This document shows positions 10,301-18,862 of a DNA stretch of 64,000 nucleotides, piece after piece. Numbering within the stretch: position 1 is the first letter of the stretch; each line of letters starts with the position of its first letter. Origin of the DNA: Armatimonadota bacterium (GTDB lineage Bacteria; Armatimonadota; UBA5829; DTLH01); NCBI GenBank assembly GCA_038207085.1, contig JBBRAE010000004.1:32001-96000 (forward strand). The letters are read 5' to 3'. The position numbers and the translations under genes are program-made. The notes beneath the pieces are model-generated. The model made no database searches. It saw only the letters and a program-made list of their open reading frames with translations, and was not told the DNA's origin.

Positions 10301-10915
10301 CCCGTTTCTGAATCTCCGACAGATGAAACCGTCGTCGAAGAGCCAGTCGAGGCCGAACGAGTTGCCTCAGAGGAGCCCGAAGCCTCGTCCGATCAGCCTT
10401 CGAGGCGTCCGAGGCGCAGAAGAAGGCGCTCCGGCAGAGGTGGTCAGAACTCCCAGACAGCCGAGACCGTTCAGGCCGAAGCTGCTCCGGAGCCGGTGGA
10501 AGTCGCTCCCGCTCCCGAGCCCGAGCAGACCGAACAGTCCGAGCACCGTTCGAGGTCAAGGTCCCGCTCAAGACGCAGGCGTTCGCCAAGGCCTGTTGAA
10601 GAGCAGCCCGAAGCCGTCGCGCCGGTCGTTGAACCTGCTCCCTCGGAAGCACCGGCAAGGCCCGCGAGACAGCGCACCCGTCGCGCTCCCAAGCCTGCAG
10701 AGGCCACCGAGCAGCCAGCAGCCGAACCGGTCGCAAGCCAGCCGTCAGAGAGCGACAAGGCTCCAAGGCGAAGAACCCGCAGAACTGCGAAACCCGCAGA
10801 GCCTGTCGTGGAACCGTCGTCTGAGCCTGCAGCGTCAGAATCGGCTCCAAAGCCAAGACGACGCAGACCAGCGCGCAAGCCCGCGACCTCCGAAGAAACT
10901 CCTTCGGAGGGCTAA
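7322..10915 (+). CDS. GH78 alpha-L-rhamnosidase-fold protein (probably inactive) with ~360-aa Arg/Glu/Pro-rich disordered tail
   Basis: ITADSRYRLYVNG, LDFGR, RAFRYVQ, FSRQTN and IPTPSG match the GH78 architecture; the tail has 8 Arg-rich blocks. Confidence 0.8.
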   Translation: MKLLVANRSRYEVTEDWSASWIWCEGESHPRNFHIYARKAFKLASKPVSARIRITADSRYRLYVNGNYVGWGAANSITRRLTYDTYDITPFLNRGNNAIAVIAYHLGHPASNYIPRRAALICEADIELKSGAEKIVTDESWRVIPAAAWTDHGSRVARNLGYQQVYDAALDADGWNEAKFNDSKWLAPHVLGQPPMSPFGRLMPRDIPRVVEQNILPVEIVGMYDAPPMPAELLPPDVPRFISQSELKPIEAGRVDKSERILAEGDDATMVRVPTEGGVSIILDFGRQVYGSLEIALSKCTSGILDIAYDETIDPKNGIRPDRGGIRYTDRIIIKKGKQVWSSFEPRAFRYVQLDFRECAKPFALNHVFVRDSAFPIALIGAFESSDQTLNYVWQNGVDSVRRVLMESYLDSPWRDRTPSFADAVAAIRPAYSAFGEAPLVEERLRHIAASQRRDGALLALHPSAENRVFVDLAMLFVIAVWDNYVCGGDKELLADLYPTIDRWHGWISRFVDDDGLLFDVRADLLLDWGGVNRHAEMAGLSCMYLGALVAMKQMAEVLRRDADAVEYDRIAVSLRAAIDKNFWSEKRGLYSDTRMYGKLDEHFSRQTNILAARFDVPNHYQKSSILRQVLDERGLPQVNSPIFTAMLVETMCRAGYVEEVLGFIRQTWGRNAGVSSSILPPVHQLQAYLLGAVPTGNPARLRFEPHIADLRWAEGVIPTPSGPVRVRWKAGIRGFAMDVELPNGVTAEIVPPRHELGSRITVDGAQTGGSVIELGPGFHSVLISRSRTPGRIPQVPIEVEIVELVETIHIPPNRGDIETVEQMIQILTQMEKEHVYVIPSDDEDEGVIIPEARLDEPERKSRRRGRRGRDRREEPVRETETAEVAPAIETEFTEEIEPSLETATTSEEQGRENRPRRRRRRGRGRSGSQPFDGSQDGEVTESTETTEAVEPVEQAAEATQETSEPVEESSDERSDSRRPRRRRRRSRSGQDQPVSESPTDETVVEEPVEAERVASEEPEASSDQPSRRPRRRRRRSGRGGQNSQTAETVQAEAAPEPVEVAPAPEPEQTEQSEHRSRSRSRSRRRRSPRPVEEQPEAVAPVVEPAPSEAPARPARQRTRRAPKPAEATEQPAAEPVASQPSESDKAPRRRTRRTAKPAEPVVEPSSEPAASESAPKPRRRRPARKPATSEETPSEG

Positions 10916-10920
10916 CAGAT

Positions 10921-10957
10921 AAAAAAAGGCCGCCCAACTGAATGGGCGGCCTTTTTT
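10921..10957. terminator. Bidirectional rho-independent terminator
   Basis: A7-GGCCGCCCA-loop-TGGGCGGCC-T7 between convergent genes. Confidence 0.9.
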
Positions 10958-10963
10958 GATGGT

Positions 10964-11941
10964 TTAAGCCAGAACCGTTCGAATCCCCGCTATCGCGTCT
11001 TCTACCTGAGGAATCACGAACTCCTCCATCTGCGGGCTGAAGGGTATCGGCGTGTCGGTCGTACAGACCCGCTCTACCGGCGCATCGAGGTAATCAAAGC
11101 ACTCTTTGCCGATCCTCGCCGCGATCTCACCCGCGACTCCAGCGGTAAGATGCCCCTCATCGATCACCACCGCGCGCCCGGTTTTCTTGACCGAGTTGTA
11201 GACCGTCTGCCAGTCCATCGGCACAAGCGTCCTCGGGTCGATCACCTCGCACTCGATCCCCTCTTCGGCAAGCTTTTCGGCTGCGGCCAGGGCCTTGTGC
11301 ACCATATACGAGATCGCGACCACCGTCACGTGTCTGCCTTCGCGCTTGATGTCAGCGACGCCAAAGGGCACTGTGTGTTCGCCTTCTGGCACCGGCCCAC
11401 CCTCGAAGTAGAGCTTTTTGTGCTCGCAGAAGATGACGGGGTTGTCGTCACGAATCGCCGTTTTGAGAAGCCCCTTGCAGTCGGCTGGGTTCGACGGCGC
11501 GACGACGTACAGCCCCGGAGTGTGGACCATCCACGCGTGCGGGCTCTGCGAGTGCTGGGCGGCGGTTGCGCCTCGCGCGCCGATCGTCATACGGAGCACG
11601 AGCGGCGCTATTGCCTTGCCGCCGGACATATATCTTGCTTTAGCGATCTGGTTTACGATCTGGTCCATCGCGACCGCCGCAAAGTCGCCGAACATAAGCT
11701 CCGCGATGGGTCGGCCTCCGACCAAAGCGGCCCCAAGCGCCGCTCCTACGAACCCGGCCTCGGAGATGGGGGTGTCGCGAACGCGCTCGTCGCCAAACTC
11801 CTCCCACATCCCCTTGGTGACGGTGAAAATCCCGCCGTGAGGCCCGACGTCTTCGCCCATCACAAAGACGCGCGAGTCGGCTCGCATCTCCTCGACCAGC
11901 GCCTCTCGGAGCGCCTCGGCTTGCGTCAAGTTCTTAAGCAT
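10964..11941 (-). CDS. 2-oxoacid/acetoin dehydrogenase E1 beta subunit
   Basis: MGEDVG, RVRDTPISEAG, AAQHSQ, EVIDPRTL. Confidence 0.92.
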   Translation of the reverse strand: MLKNLTQAEALREALVEEMRADSRVFVMGEDVGPHGGIFTVTKGMWEEFGDERVRDTPISEAGFVGAALGAALVGGRPIAELMFGDFAAVAMDQIVNQIAKARYMSGGKAIAPLVLRMTIGARGATAAQHSQSPHAWMVHTPGLYVVAPSNPADCKGLLKTAIRDDNPVIFCEHKKLYFEGGPVPEGEHTVPFGVADIKREGRHVTVVAISYMVHKALAAAEKLAEEGIECEVIDPRTLVPMDWQTVYNSVKKTGRAVVIDEGHLTAGVAGEIAARIGKECFDYLDAPVERVCTTDTPIPFSPQMEEFVIPQVEDAIAGIRTVLA

Positions 11942-12914
11942 AGAGGTCCTCCAGCGCCCGTTCGGGGGCTGGGAACGGCTGCGCCGCGGCCCATTCCTCG
12001 GCCTCTCTCATCTCAGACTCGACTTCGGCCTGGATACGGGCGTCCTCATCTTCTGTCAAAATTCCATCAGAAATCAGAATCGATCGGCAGAGCTTCACCG
12101 GGCAGCGCTCTTTCCAAGCGTCAAGCTCGCCTTCGGGACGATACCGCGCCGGGTCGCCCGCGTGGTGGCCCATCCACCGGTATGTCTTGCACTCGATCAG
12201 GCTTGGCCCCAGACCCTTTCGAGCCCGTTCGACAGCCCGCTTCGCCGCATCGTAGACGGCTGAAACGTCCATCCCGTCGACTACCTCGCCCGGAATGCCG
12301 TAACCGATCGCTCTGTCCGCGATGTCGACGATCTTCTGATGCCTGTTCTGCCGCACAGAAATCCCATAGAGATTGTTCTCACAGACGAACACGACGGGCA
12401 AATCCCAAAGCGCCGCAAGGTTGATCCCCTCGTGAAACGCCCCCTGGTTGGAGGCCGCGTCCCCAAAGAAACATGCGACAACCGAGTCACCGCCACGCAT
12501 CTTCATCCAAAGTCCCGCGCCCGCCGCGATAGGAATCCCCGCGCCGACGATACCGTTAGCGCCGATGATTCCAAGGGAGAGGTCGGCGATATGCATCGAG
12601 CCGCCCTTGCCCTTGCAATACCCCGCTTCGCGCCCCATAATCTCAGCCATCATAAGCTTCGGGTCGCCGCCCTTTGCAAGCACGTGTCCGTGGCCTCGGT
12701 GGGTGCTGGTGACGTAATCGTCCTCCCGAAGCGCCTCCGTCACGCCGACCGCGACTGCCTCCTGCCCGAGGTAAACGTGCGCAAGCCCCGGCATAAGCGC
12801 CGCAAAATAAACATCGCGCACGCGCTCCTCAAAGACCCGCATGCGGACGAGCTGTCTATACATTGTCAACAGGTGAGTATCCTGTGTAGGTCGAGTTGTA
12901 ACTGCTTTTGCCAT
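11934..12914 (-). CDS. 2-oxoacid/acetoin dehydrogenase E1 alpha subunit (TPP-dependent)
   Basis: STHRGHGH, GKGGSMH, FFGDAASNQG...ENN TPP motif. Confidence 0.92.
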   Translation of the reverse strand: MAKAVTTRPTQDTHLLTMYRQLVRMRVFEERVRDVYFAALMPGLAHVYLGQEAVAVGVTEALREDDYVTSTHRGHGHVLAKGGDPKLMMAEIMGREAGYCKGKGGSMHIADLSLGIIGANGIVGAGIPIAAGAGLWMKMRGGDSVVACFFGDAASNQGAFHEGINLAALWDLPVVFVCENNLYGISVRQNRHQKIVDIADRAIGYGIPGEVVDGMDVSAVYDAAKRAVERARKGLGPSLIECKTYRWMGHHAGDPARYRPEGELDAWKERCPVKLCRSILISDGILTEDEDARIQAEVESEMREAEEWAAAQPFPAPERALEDLYA

Positions 12915-13140
12915 TCCAAGCTCCTTAGCTTACATGGTCGCTCGAAGCAGCTTTGATGTCAAGGGGTTTGGATAGGGCGAACGCATCTTAGCTGTCGGGC
13001 AGCGCCGAACGCCCGTAGTGGCGGGTCGCCGCGCCCGCTTCGCCGGGACGGCCACTACGTCGGTTGCCCCCACCGATCGTTCGGGAGATTGCTCCCGAAT
13101 GCAAAGAAGAACGAGGACTTAAGTCCGGGGCAAGGGCTAC

Positions 13141-13207
13141 AGCCGACTGAGCGGGAGCTAAGCTCCCTCGCTGTTCTTTGCGTGCGCGATACACATCGCA
13201 CACGATC
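13141..13207. repeat. Repeat family C (double hairpin), copies at 13141-13207, 40500-40558 and 41590-41655
   Basis: GGGAG-N-CTCCC..GTTCTTTGC..GCGAT-N4-5-ATCGC shared by three loci. Confidence 0.85.
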
Positions 13208-13367
13208 GGGAGTCGTGAGATAGGTGAAACCGCCATCCCGAGTGCGAAGTCCGGATCTGTACCAACTGTTCGTCCGGATTTGCAATCCGGGCCAACGTAC
13301 AACCACCAACCCCCCAACCCCCAACCCTCGCTAGTCCCCTCTGGACTCTGAACTATTTCGCCTGCCC

Positions 13368-13430
13368 TTGACACAAACCTCCCTCTATCGTAATATGTAA
13401 CCAGGTTACATAACGCCAATCCCTGGGTAT
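13368..13430 (+). promoter_or_regulatory. Sigma70 promoter with perfect 19-bp palindromic operator and a possible second SigB-like promoter
   Basis: TTGACA(13368)-17-TAATAT; TATGTAACC-A-GGTTACATA at 13394-13412; GTTA-N16-GGGTAT at 13405-13430. Confidence 0.75.
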
Positions 13431-13442
13431 AAACAAGCAGAC

Positions 13443-13979
13443 ATGGATACTGCTCGGTATGTTGAGAAGATAGCGACGCTGTTTGGCAAGATAGTGGCGC
13501 GGATGAGTGTTGACTCGGAGTCCGAGGCGATGGGCCTTACGCCGTCGCAGGTGCAGGGGCTCGCGTATCTGTTTCATCACTGCGAGTCGTCGGTCGGCGA
13601 CATCGCGGCGGGGCTTGGGATGACCCACCCGGCGGCGGTCAAGCTGGTTGACAGACTGAGAAAGAAAGACCTCGCCAGCCGCGTTGAGAGCGTGACCGAC
13701 AGGCGGGTGTCGATTATCGGGCTCACCGAAACCGGCAGACTCGCGGCGGACAGGATTTTAAGCGCACGCACCGAGTCGCTTGCCAGGGCGCTTGGCACGA
13801 TGGATCAAAAACAGCTTGAAGATGTTATGCGGGGGCTCGAAACTCTCCTCGCGGCGACGCTTGCGGACCAGAAAACGGTCGAGTCGGCGTGCCTGCGCTG
13901 TGGGGACGATCACTTCGGCTGCTGCATTATCAATAGAGCTCATCTTGAGCTCACCGGAGCAACGATAGAACACACCTGA
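13443..13979 (+). CDS. MarR-family regulator with C-terminal Cys-rich motif
   Basis: LTPSQ...AAVKLVDRL...DRRVSIIGLTETG wHTH; C-terminal CLRCGDDHFGCC. Confidence 0.85.
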   Translation: MDTARYVEKIATLFGKIVARMSVDSESEAMGLTPSQVQGLAYLFHHCESSVGDIAAGLGMTHPAAVKLVDRLRKKDLASRVESVTDRRVSIIGLTETGRLAADRILSARTESLARALGTMDQKQLEDVMRGLETLLAATLADQKTVESACLRCGDDHFGCCIINRAHLELTGATIEHT

Positions 13980-13992
13980 CAGGGGGCACGAA

Positions 13993-15177
13993 ATGAACAA
14001 CGTAATCTATCTCGACCACGCGGCCACAACGCCGACGGACCCCGAAGTCCTGCAGGCGATGCTGCCGTATTTCACCGACCGCTTTGGAAGCGCGTCGACT
14101 CTGTATTCGATCGGCAAAGAGACCCGCGAGGCCGTCGAAGCCGCACGCGAAGAGGTCGCGCTCCTGATCGGAGCAAGGCCGGATGAGGTCTACTTCACAA
14201 GCGGCGGCACCGAGTCGGACAACTGGGCCGTCACCGGCACAGCCGTCGCAAAGGCCGACAAGGGCAACCATATTATCACGACCAAGATCGAGCACCACGC
14301 GATCCACGAGCCGTGTCACACGCTTGAGAAACACGGCTATGAGGTCACATACATTCCCATCGACAAGGACGGAGTAATCGACCCTGACGACGTGCGAAAA
14401 GCGATCAACGAGCGCACCATTCTGATCTCGGTCATGCACGCAAACAACGAGATCGGGACGATCCAGCCCGTTGAAGAGATCGGTCGCATCGCCCGCGAGC
14501 AGAAGATTCTCTTTCATTCCGACACCGTCCAGAGCGTCGGAAGCATACCCGTCGACGTAAACGCGATCGGCTGCGACATGCTATCGATCTCTGCGCACAA
14601 GCTCTACGGACCAAAGGGTATCGGGGCGATGTATATCCGCAAGGGCACGCGCATCGGCAAGTTCATGCAGGGTGGGGGCCAGGAGTCCAACCGCCGCGCT
14701 GGGACGCACAACGTTCCGGCGATCGTCGGGCTTGGCAGGGCCGCCGAGATCGCTCGAACCAGCATGGACGAGGTCACCCCGAGGATCGTGTCCTACAGAG
14801 ACAAGCTGATCGATGGGATACTCTCAAAGATCCCCGACGTGCGACTGAACGGGCACAGGACTAATCGCCTTCCGAACAACGTCAACGTCTCGTTTGAAGG
14901 AATCGAAGGCGAGTCGATCATCCTGCTCCTGGACATGCACGGCATCTGCGCATCATCGGGCAGCGCCTGCACCTCGGGCTCGCTTGACCCGTCGCATGTG
15001 CTCCTGTCGCTTGGTCTGAAGCACGAGGAGGCCCACGGAAGCCTGCGCCTCACCCTTGGTCGCGAGAACTCGGAGTGGGACGTGAAAAACGTGCTCGAAG
15101 CGCTCCCGGTCATCGTCGAGCGCCTGAGGATGATGTCCCCGCTCTACTCGGCGAAAAGGTCGGGAGTCGGGGTATAA
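13993..15177 (+). CDS. iscS: Cysteine desulfurase (NifS/IscS, group I)
   Basis: YLDHAATT, SAHKLYGPKG (PLP Lys), SSGSACTS catalytic Cys. Confidence 0.95.
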   Translation: MNNVIYLDHAATTPTDPEVLQAMLPYFTDRFGSASTLYSIGKETREAVEAAREEVALLIGARPDEVYFTSGGTESDNWAVTGTAVAKADKGNHIITTKIEHHAIHEPCHTLEKHGYEVTYIPIDKDGVIDPDDVRKAINERTILISVMHANNEIGTIQPVEEIGRIAREQKILFHSDTVQSVGSIPVDVNAIGCDMLSISAHKLYGPKGIGAMYIRKGTRIGKFMQGGGQESNRRAGTHNVPAIVGLGRAAEIARTSMDEVTPRIVSYRDKLIDGILSKIPDVRLNGHRTNRLPNNVNVSFEGIEGESIILLLDMHGICASSGSACTSGSLDPSHVLLSLGLKHEEAHGSLRLTLGRENSEWDVKNVLEALPVIVERLRMMSPLYSAKRSGVGV

Positions 15178-15221
15178 CTATTATCAGTGTGTTCTATCAC
15201 TCTGCCCCAGTGGCAGTGTGA

Positions 15222-15262
15222 CGCAGCGGCGGCCGTTCCCCTCCGGCCGCCGCTGCAATTTT
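15222..15262. terminator. GC-rich hairpin/terminator between convergent genes
   Basis: GCAGCGGCGGCCG...CGGCCGCCGCTGC followed by AATTTT. Confidence 0.6.
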
Positions 15263-15266
15263 AGAC

Positions 15267-17183
15267 CTAACGTTTTCCAGGCGGTATCAGCTGCCCCGAT
15301 TCCTCGATTCCCGGCGGAAGACGCCGCGCCGCTTCGCCGTTCACAGTTCGAGCGAACGACTTGCCGTAGGCGTCAAAGCTCACTAGAACAACTGTGTTGG
15401 GCCGCTTGTCTGCCGCGCTCTCTTTCGACTTTTCCGAGAAAAATTGGGGGCGTTCGATCAGCAGGTCAGGCCTGAGCGCAAGAATCCGTGTGGTGACCAG
15501 GAATATCCGCGGGTCCTGGGCGTTCGCAGTAAAGGAACCGCTGCTGTCCACATATACATAGGAGTCTTTGGGCAGAGATCGAATCAAGGGGACAAGCCCT
15601 TCCACCATCTGCCGCGTCGCTATTCCTGAGCTGCGCCATCCCCGGTTGTAGTTCAGCACCGCTCCGGCGAGTGAAGTCGTGACGATGAGCATTGCGGCGG
15701 GCACTGCGAGCTTTGTCGCCAACTCCTGCGCGCGGGCCACAAGATGGGAGCTTTTTTGGCGAAGCGTCAGACCGTTCTTTAGGAAGTCGGCGGCGAGTAT
15801 CAGTACGAGAAACAGAACAGAACCCTCAAATCTCACCCAACAAGCAAGGAAACCGCAAAGAGCGAGTTTGCAGGTGTTTGCGCCAAACCGATGCTTTCGC
15901 AAGTCGACTGCCACCAGGGCTACCGTCAGAGCTATCGGGACGACCATCGCAACTCGGGTCATGTCGGGCGTCAGACCCAAGTACGGGCTTAATAATTCAG
16001 TCAGCCGAACGGCGAGGCCGGTGAGTATGACGATCCAGGCGGGCTCTGTTTGGCCGAGGCCTTGCTGAGGCAGGACGATGAAGAGCGCCGCAAGCGCCAA
16101 GGCGGCCGCTGTTGGCAGAGTCTCCGTGCCGAGGGAGGCGACGGCGATCACAACCGTGCCCAATATCGCCCACGACGCGAGATCAAGCTTCATCTTTTTG
16201 TCCAGCGCCTTCTGGACTACCGCGGCGAGGCACAGCCCTACGCCTGCGCTTGGTATGTAGCCGTAGCGATCAGCCGGGGGCAGCTTTCCAAGTGCGACTC
16301 CGATGCCGAGAGCCGCTCCGGCAAAGACTAGAAGCCCGGGGCGAACGGTGGGGAACCCCTTCCACATCAGAGCTGCGAATAGCGCAACCGGGGCCATAGT
16401 CCAAGCCTCGAAGACCATCGGCTGGTTCAGTATCGGCGGCATAATTCCCACTGCAAGGCGCATCGCACGGTGGAGCAGACTTAGATCCATAACGAGCTTG
16501 GGGTTGCCAAATCCGCTCGTGCACTGCATCTCAAGCAGGCATATACCGGCCAATCCGAGGCCGAACAACAACAGCGTCGCGCCACTGCGCAGATATGCTC
16601 CCTTTTCACGTTTGGTAACGGCAAACAGAGGCAGAACCGGGATGATAGTGGCGAGGCTTGCCGCCTCCTGTTTGGCGAGGCACGCCGCACCCCAGAGCAT
16701 GAAAGCGACAGGCAACCGAACGGCAAACCGCCACCGGTCGTGTAGCAGCGCCAAGGCCGAAATCAGAGCAAGCATGAGCGCGAGCGGCCCGCAAAGCGCA
16801 GAGATCCAAGAGACCGCGTCGGTGTTTCTTGGGTAGAGCGCGAAGACCATTGCGCCCGCGAGCGCCGCTGCGGTTCCAAAACGCAGTTTTCTGCCGAGTG
16901 CGTACACCATCCCAACGCACGCGAGGTGGAACGCGAGGGTGATCGCGTGTGCGGGGAACGGGTTCGTCCCGAACGTGTCGTAGATATGGTTGAACGTCAG
17001 GATGAACAGCGGGCGATAAAACCAACCGCCAAAGTGCCACGGGGCTCGACCCGGGAGCCCCGCCATCATCAGGTGGCCCCAGTCGTCTGTCTGGTAGTAC
17101 GACTGCAGCGCCGGGAAGTATACGGCGGTGGTGAGAACTATCAGGACGGCGACTGCAAGCGCTGCCTTGTATCTATGCTTCAT
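15267..17183 (-). CDS. Polytopic membrane protein, GT-C (ArnT/PMT-like) glycosyltransferase-like
   Basis: N-terminal TM, DD loop, FYRP, FALYP..DAVSWIS, DRYGYIP; many TM helices. Confidence 0.65.
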   Translation of the reverse strand: MKHRYKAALAVAVLIVLTTAVYFPALQSYYQTDDWGHLMMAGLPGRAPWHFGGWFYRPLFILTFNHIYDTFGTNPFPAHAITLAFHLACVGMVYALGRKLRFGTAAALAGAMVFALYPRNTDAVSWISALCGPLALMLALISALALLHDRWRFAVRLPVAFMLWGAACLAKQEAASLATIIPVLPLFAVTKREKGAYLRSGATLLLFGLGLAGICLLEMQCTSGFGNPKLVMDLSLLHRAMRLAVGIMPPILNQPMVFEAWTMAPVALFAALMWKGFPTVRPGLLVFAGAALGIGVALGKLPPADRYGYIPSAGVGLCLAAVVQKALDKKMKLDLASWAILGTVVIAVASLGTETLPTAAALALAALFIVLPQQGLGQTEPAWIVILTGLAVRLTELLSPYLGLTPDMTRVAMVVPIALTVALVAVDLRKHRFGANTCKLALCGFLACWVRFEGSVLFLVLILAADFLKNGLTLRQKSSHLVARAQELATKLAVPAAMLIVTTSLAGAVLNYNRGWRSSGIATRQMVEGLVPLIRSLPKDSYVYVDSSGSFTANAQDPRIFLVTTRILALRPDLLIERPQFFSEKSKESAADKRPNTVVLVSFDAYGKSFARTVNGEAARRLPPGIEESGQLIPPGKR

Positions 17184-17207
17184 AAAACGTACAGACGCCC
17201 TTCAGAC

Positions 17208-18698
17208 TCAACTATTTCCAAGCAGATAGTTCACAAGCGTCGCCGTGCCAAACCCCGTTGAGCCCTTGGTAGAAAGCGCGGACTCCCGATCGAGCGTCAC
17301 CGGGCCGGCTACGTCTATGTGCGCCCAGGGGGTGCCTTTGATATGGTTCTTGATGAAAAGCGCGCCGATGATCGCGCCGCCCTCGCGGCTTCCCGCGTTT
17401 TTCATGTCGGCGGTCTCGCTTTTCAAGTTGTCGAGATAGTCTGTGTGAAGTGGAAGCTGCCAGAGCTTCTCGCCGTCCTTTGCCCCGGCCTTTATCAGCC
17501 GTTCGACGATCCCCTGATCGCTTCCAAGCACCCCGGCCATCCCCCGGCCAAGGGCGACTACACACGCGCCGGTCAGGGTCGCGACGTCGATGATCTCATC
17601 CACGCCCTCTGATTCTGCGTAGGTGGCGGCGTCGGACAGGATCAGCCTGCCTTCGGCGTCGGTGTTGTCGATCTCGACCGTTTTTCCCGAAAGCGCGCGG
17701 ATTACGTCGCCGACGTGGGTCGCGTTGCCGCCGATCATGTTCTCAGTCGCGGGAACCAGCGCAAGCACGTTGACCTCGGGTTTCAGCTCTCCGACCGCCC
17801 GCATAGCCGCAAGCACCGCCGCCGCGCCTCCCATGTCGTCTTTCATCGCGGCCATCGAGTCTCCAGGTTTCAGGTTAAGCCCGCCTGAGTCAAAGGTGAC
17901 CCCCTTGCCGATTACAGCTATCCTGCGAGTCGCGTTTGGGCTCTTATACTCAAGCCTGATGAACTTCGGCGGCTCGGCGCTTGCCCGCGCTACAGCCGTC
18001 AAAAGTCCCATGCCAAGCTCTGCGATCTCCTCGCGCTCAAAGACTCTGCACTCCATGCCGAACTCCCCTGCGATTGTCCTCGCGGTTTCGGCAAGGTAGC
18101 CCGGTGTGACGACGTTTGCGGGCTCGTTGGTGAGGTCGCGGGCAAAAGAGACCGCGTCGGCGACCGTTTTGCCGATTCTCATCCCAGCTTCGATTGCAGC
18201 GAGCTTGGATTCGTCTTTCTCAATGATCGCGAACTCTTCGACCTCGCGGGTGGGCTTGTCGGTCTTGAGCCTCGTGAACTTGTAGAGCCCGAGAAGTGTT
18301 CCAAGTGTGGTCGCTCTGGAGGCTAACGCAGGGTCAATGCCGCCGATCCCGGCTCCGTGGATGATGCTTGCGACCCGGCGAGCCGACAGGTTGCGGGCAC
18401 GGCGCGCAGCCACGGCTGAGGCTTTTCGTATGGCGTCGGCGTCGAAGGCATCGGCTTTTCCAAGACCGACGATTATGACTCGGGAGGCCCCAATCGCCCC
18501 GCCTGTGGTCAGGTCAAGGGTCTCTCCAAGCTTCCCTTCGAACCCCTCGCGCTCTATAAGCGCAGAGATCGCCCCTCCAAGCGCCTGGTCGACCGCGCCG
18601 GTTGCGCCTCCCGGGCGTTTTACACCCTCGAACAGATTAACTATAAGCACATCACAGAGCGCCTCCGTGACGGAGCCTCGAACGGTCACGACTTGCAT
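17208..18698 (-). CDS. pepA: M17 leucyl aminopeptidase
   Basis: GKGVTFDSGG, MKDDMGGAA, NTDAEGRL, WAHID; ATG at 18698 with GAGGAGG RBS. Confidence 0.95.
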   Translation of the reverse strand: MQVVTVRGSVTEALCDVLIVNLFEGVKRPGGATGAVDQALGGAISALIEREGFEGKLGETLDLTTGGAIGASRVIIVGLGKADAFDADAIRKASAVAARRARNLSARRVASIIHGAGIGGIDPALASRATTLGTLLGLYKFTRLKTDKPTREVEEFAIIEKDESKLAAIEAGMRIGKTVADAVSFARDLTNEPANVVTPGYLAETARTIAGEFGMECRVFEREEIAELGMGLLTAVARASAEPPKFIRLEYKSPNATRRIAVIGKGVTFDSGGLNLKPGDSMAAMKDDMGGAAAVLAAMRAVGELKPEVNVLALVPATENMIGGNATHVGDVIRALSGKTVEIDNTDAEGRLILSDAATYAESEGVDEIIDVATLTGACVVALGRGMAGVLGSDQGIVERLIKAGAKDGEKLWQLPLHTDYLDNLKSETADMKNAGSREGGAIIGALFIKNHIKGTPWAHIDVAGPVTLDRESALSTKGSTGFGTATLVNYLLGNS

Positions 18699-18862
18699 AC
18701 TTTCCTCCTCATTCACGCACACCGCCTGCTGTTGGGGACGGCCACCTAAATATCTATATACCCGAACTTGCTGGGAAACTCAGCCCATCGTAGTTTAACA
18801 CCGTCGGGCGATTCTGGCAACGTAACAAGGGGTACACTAAGATGATTGGACTGTGAGGACCT

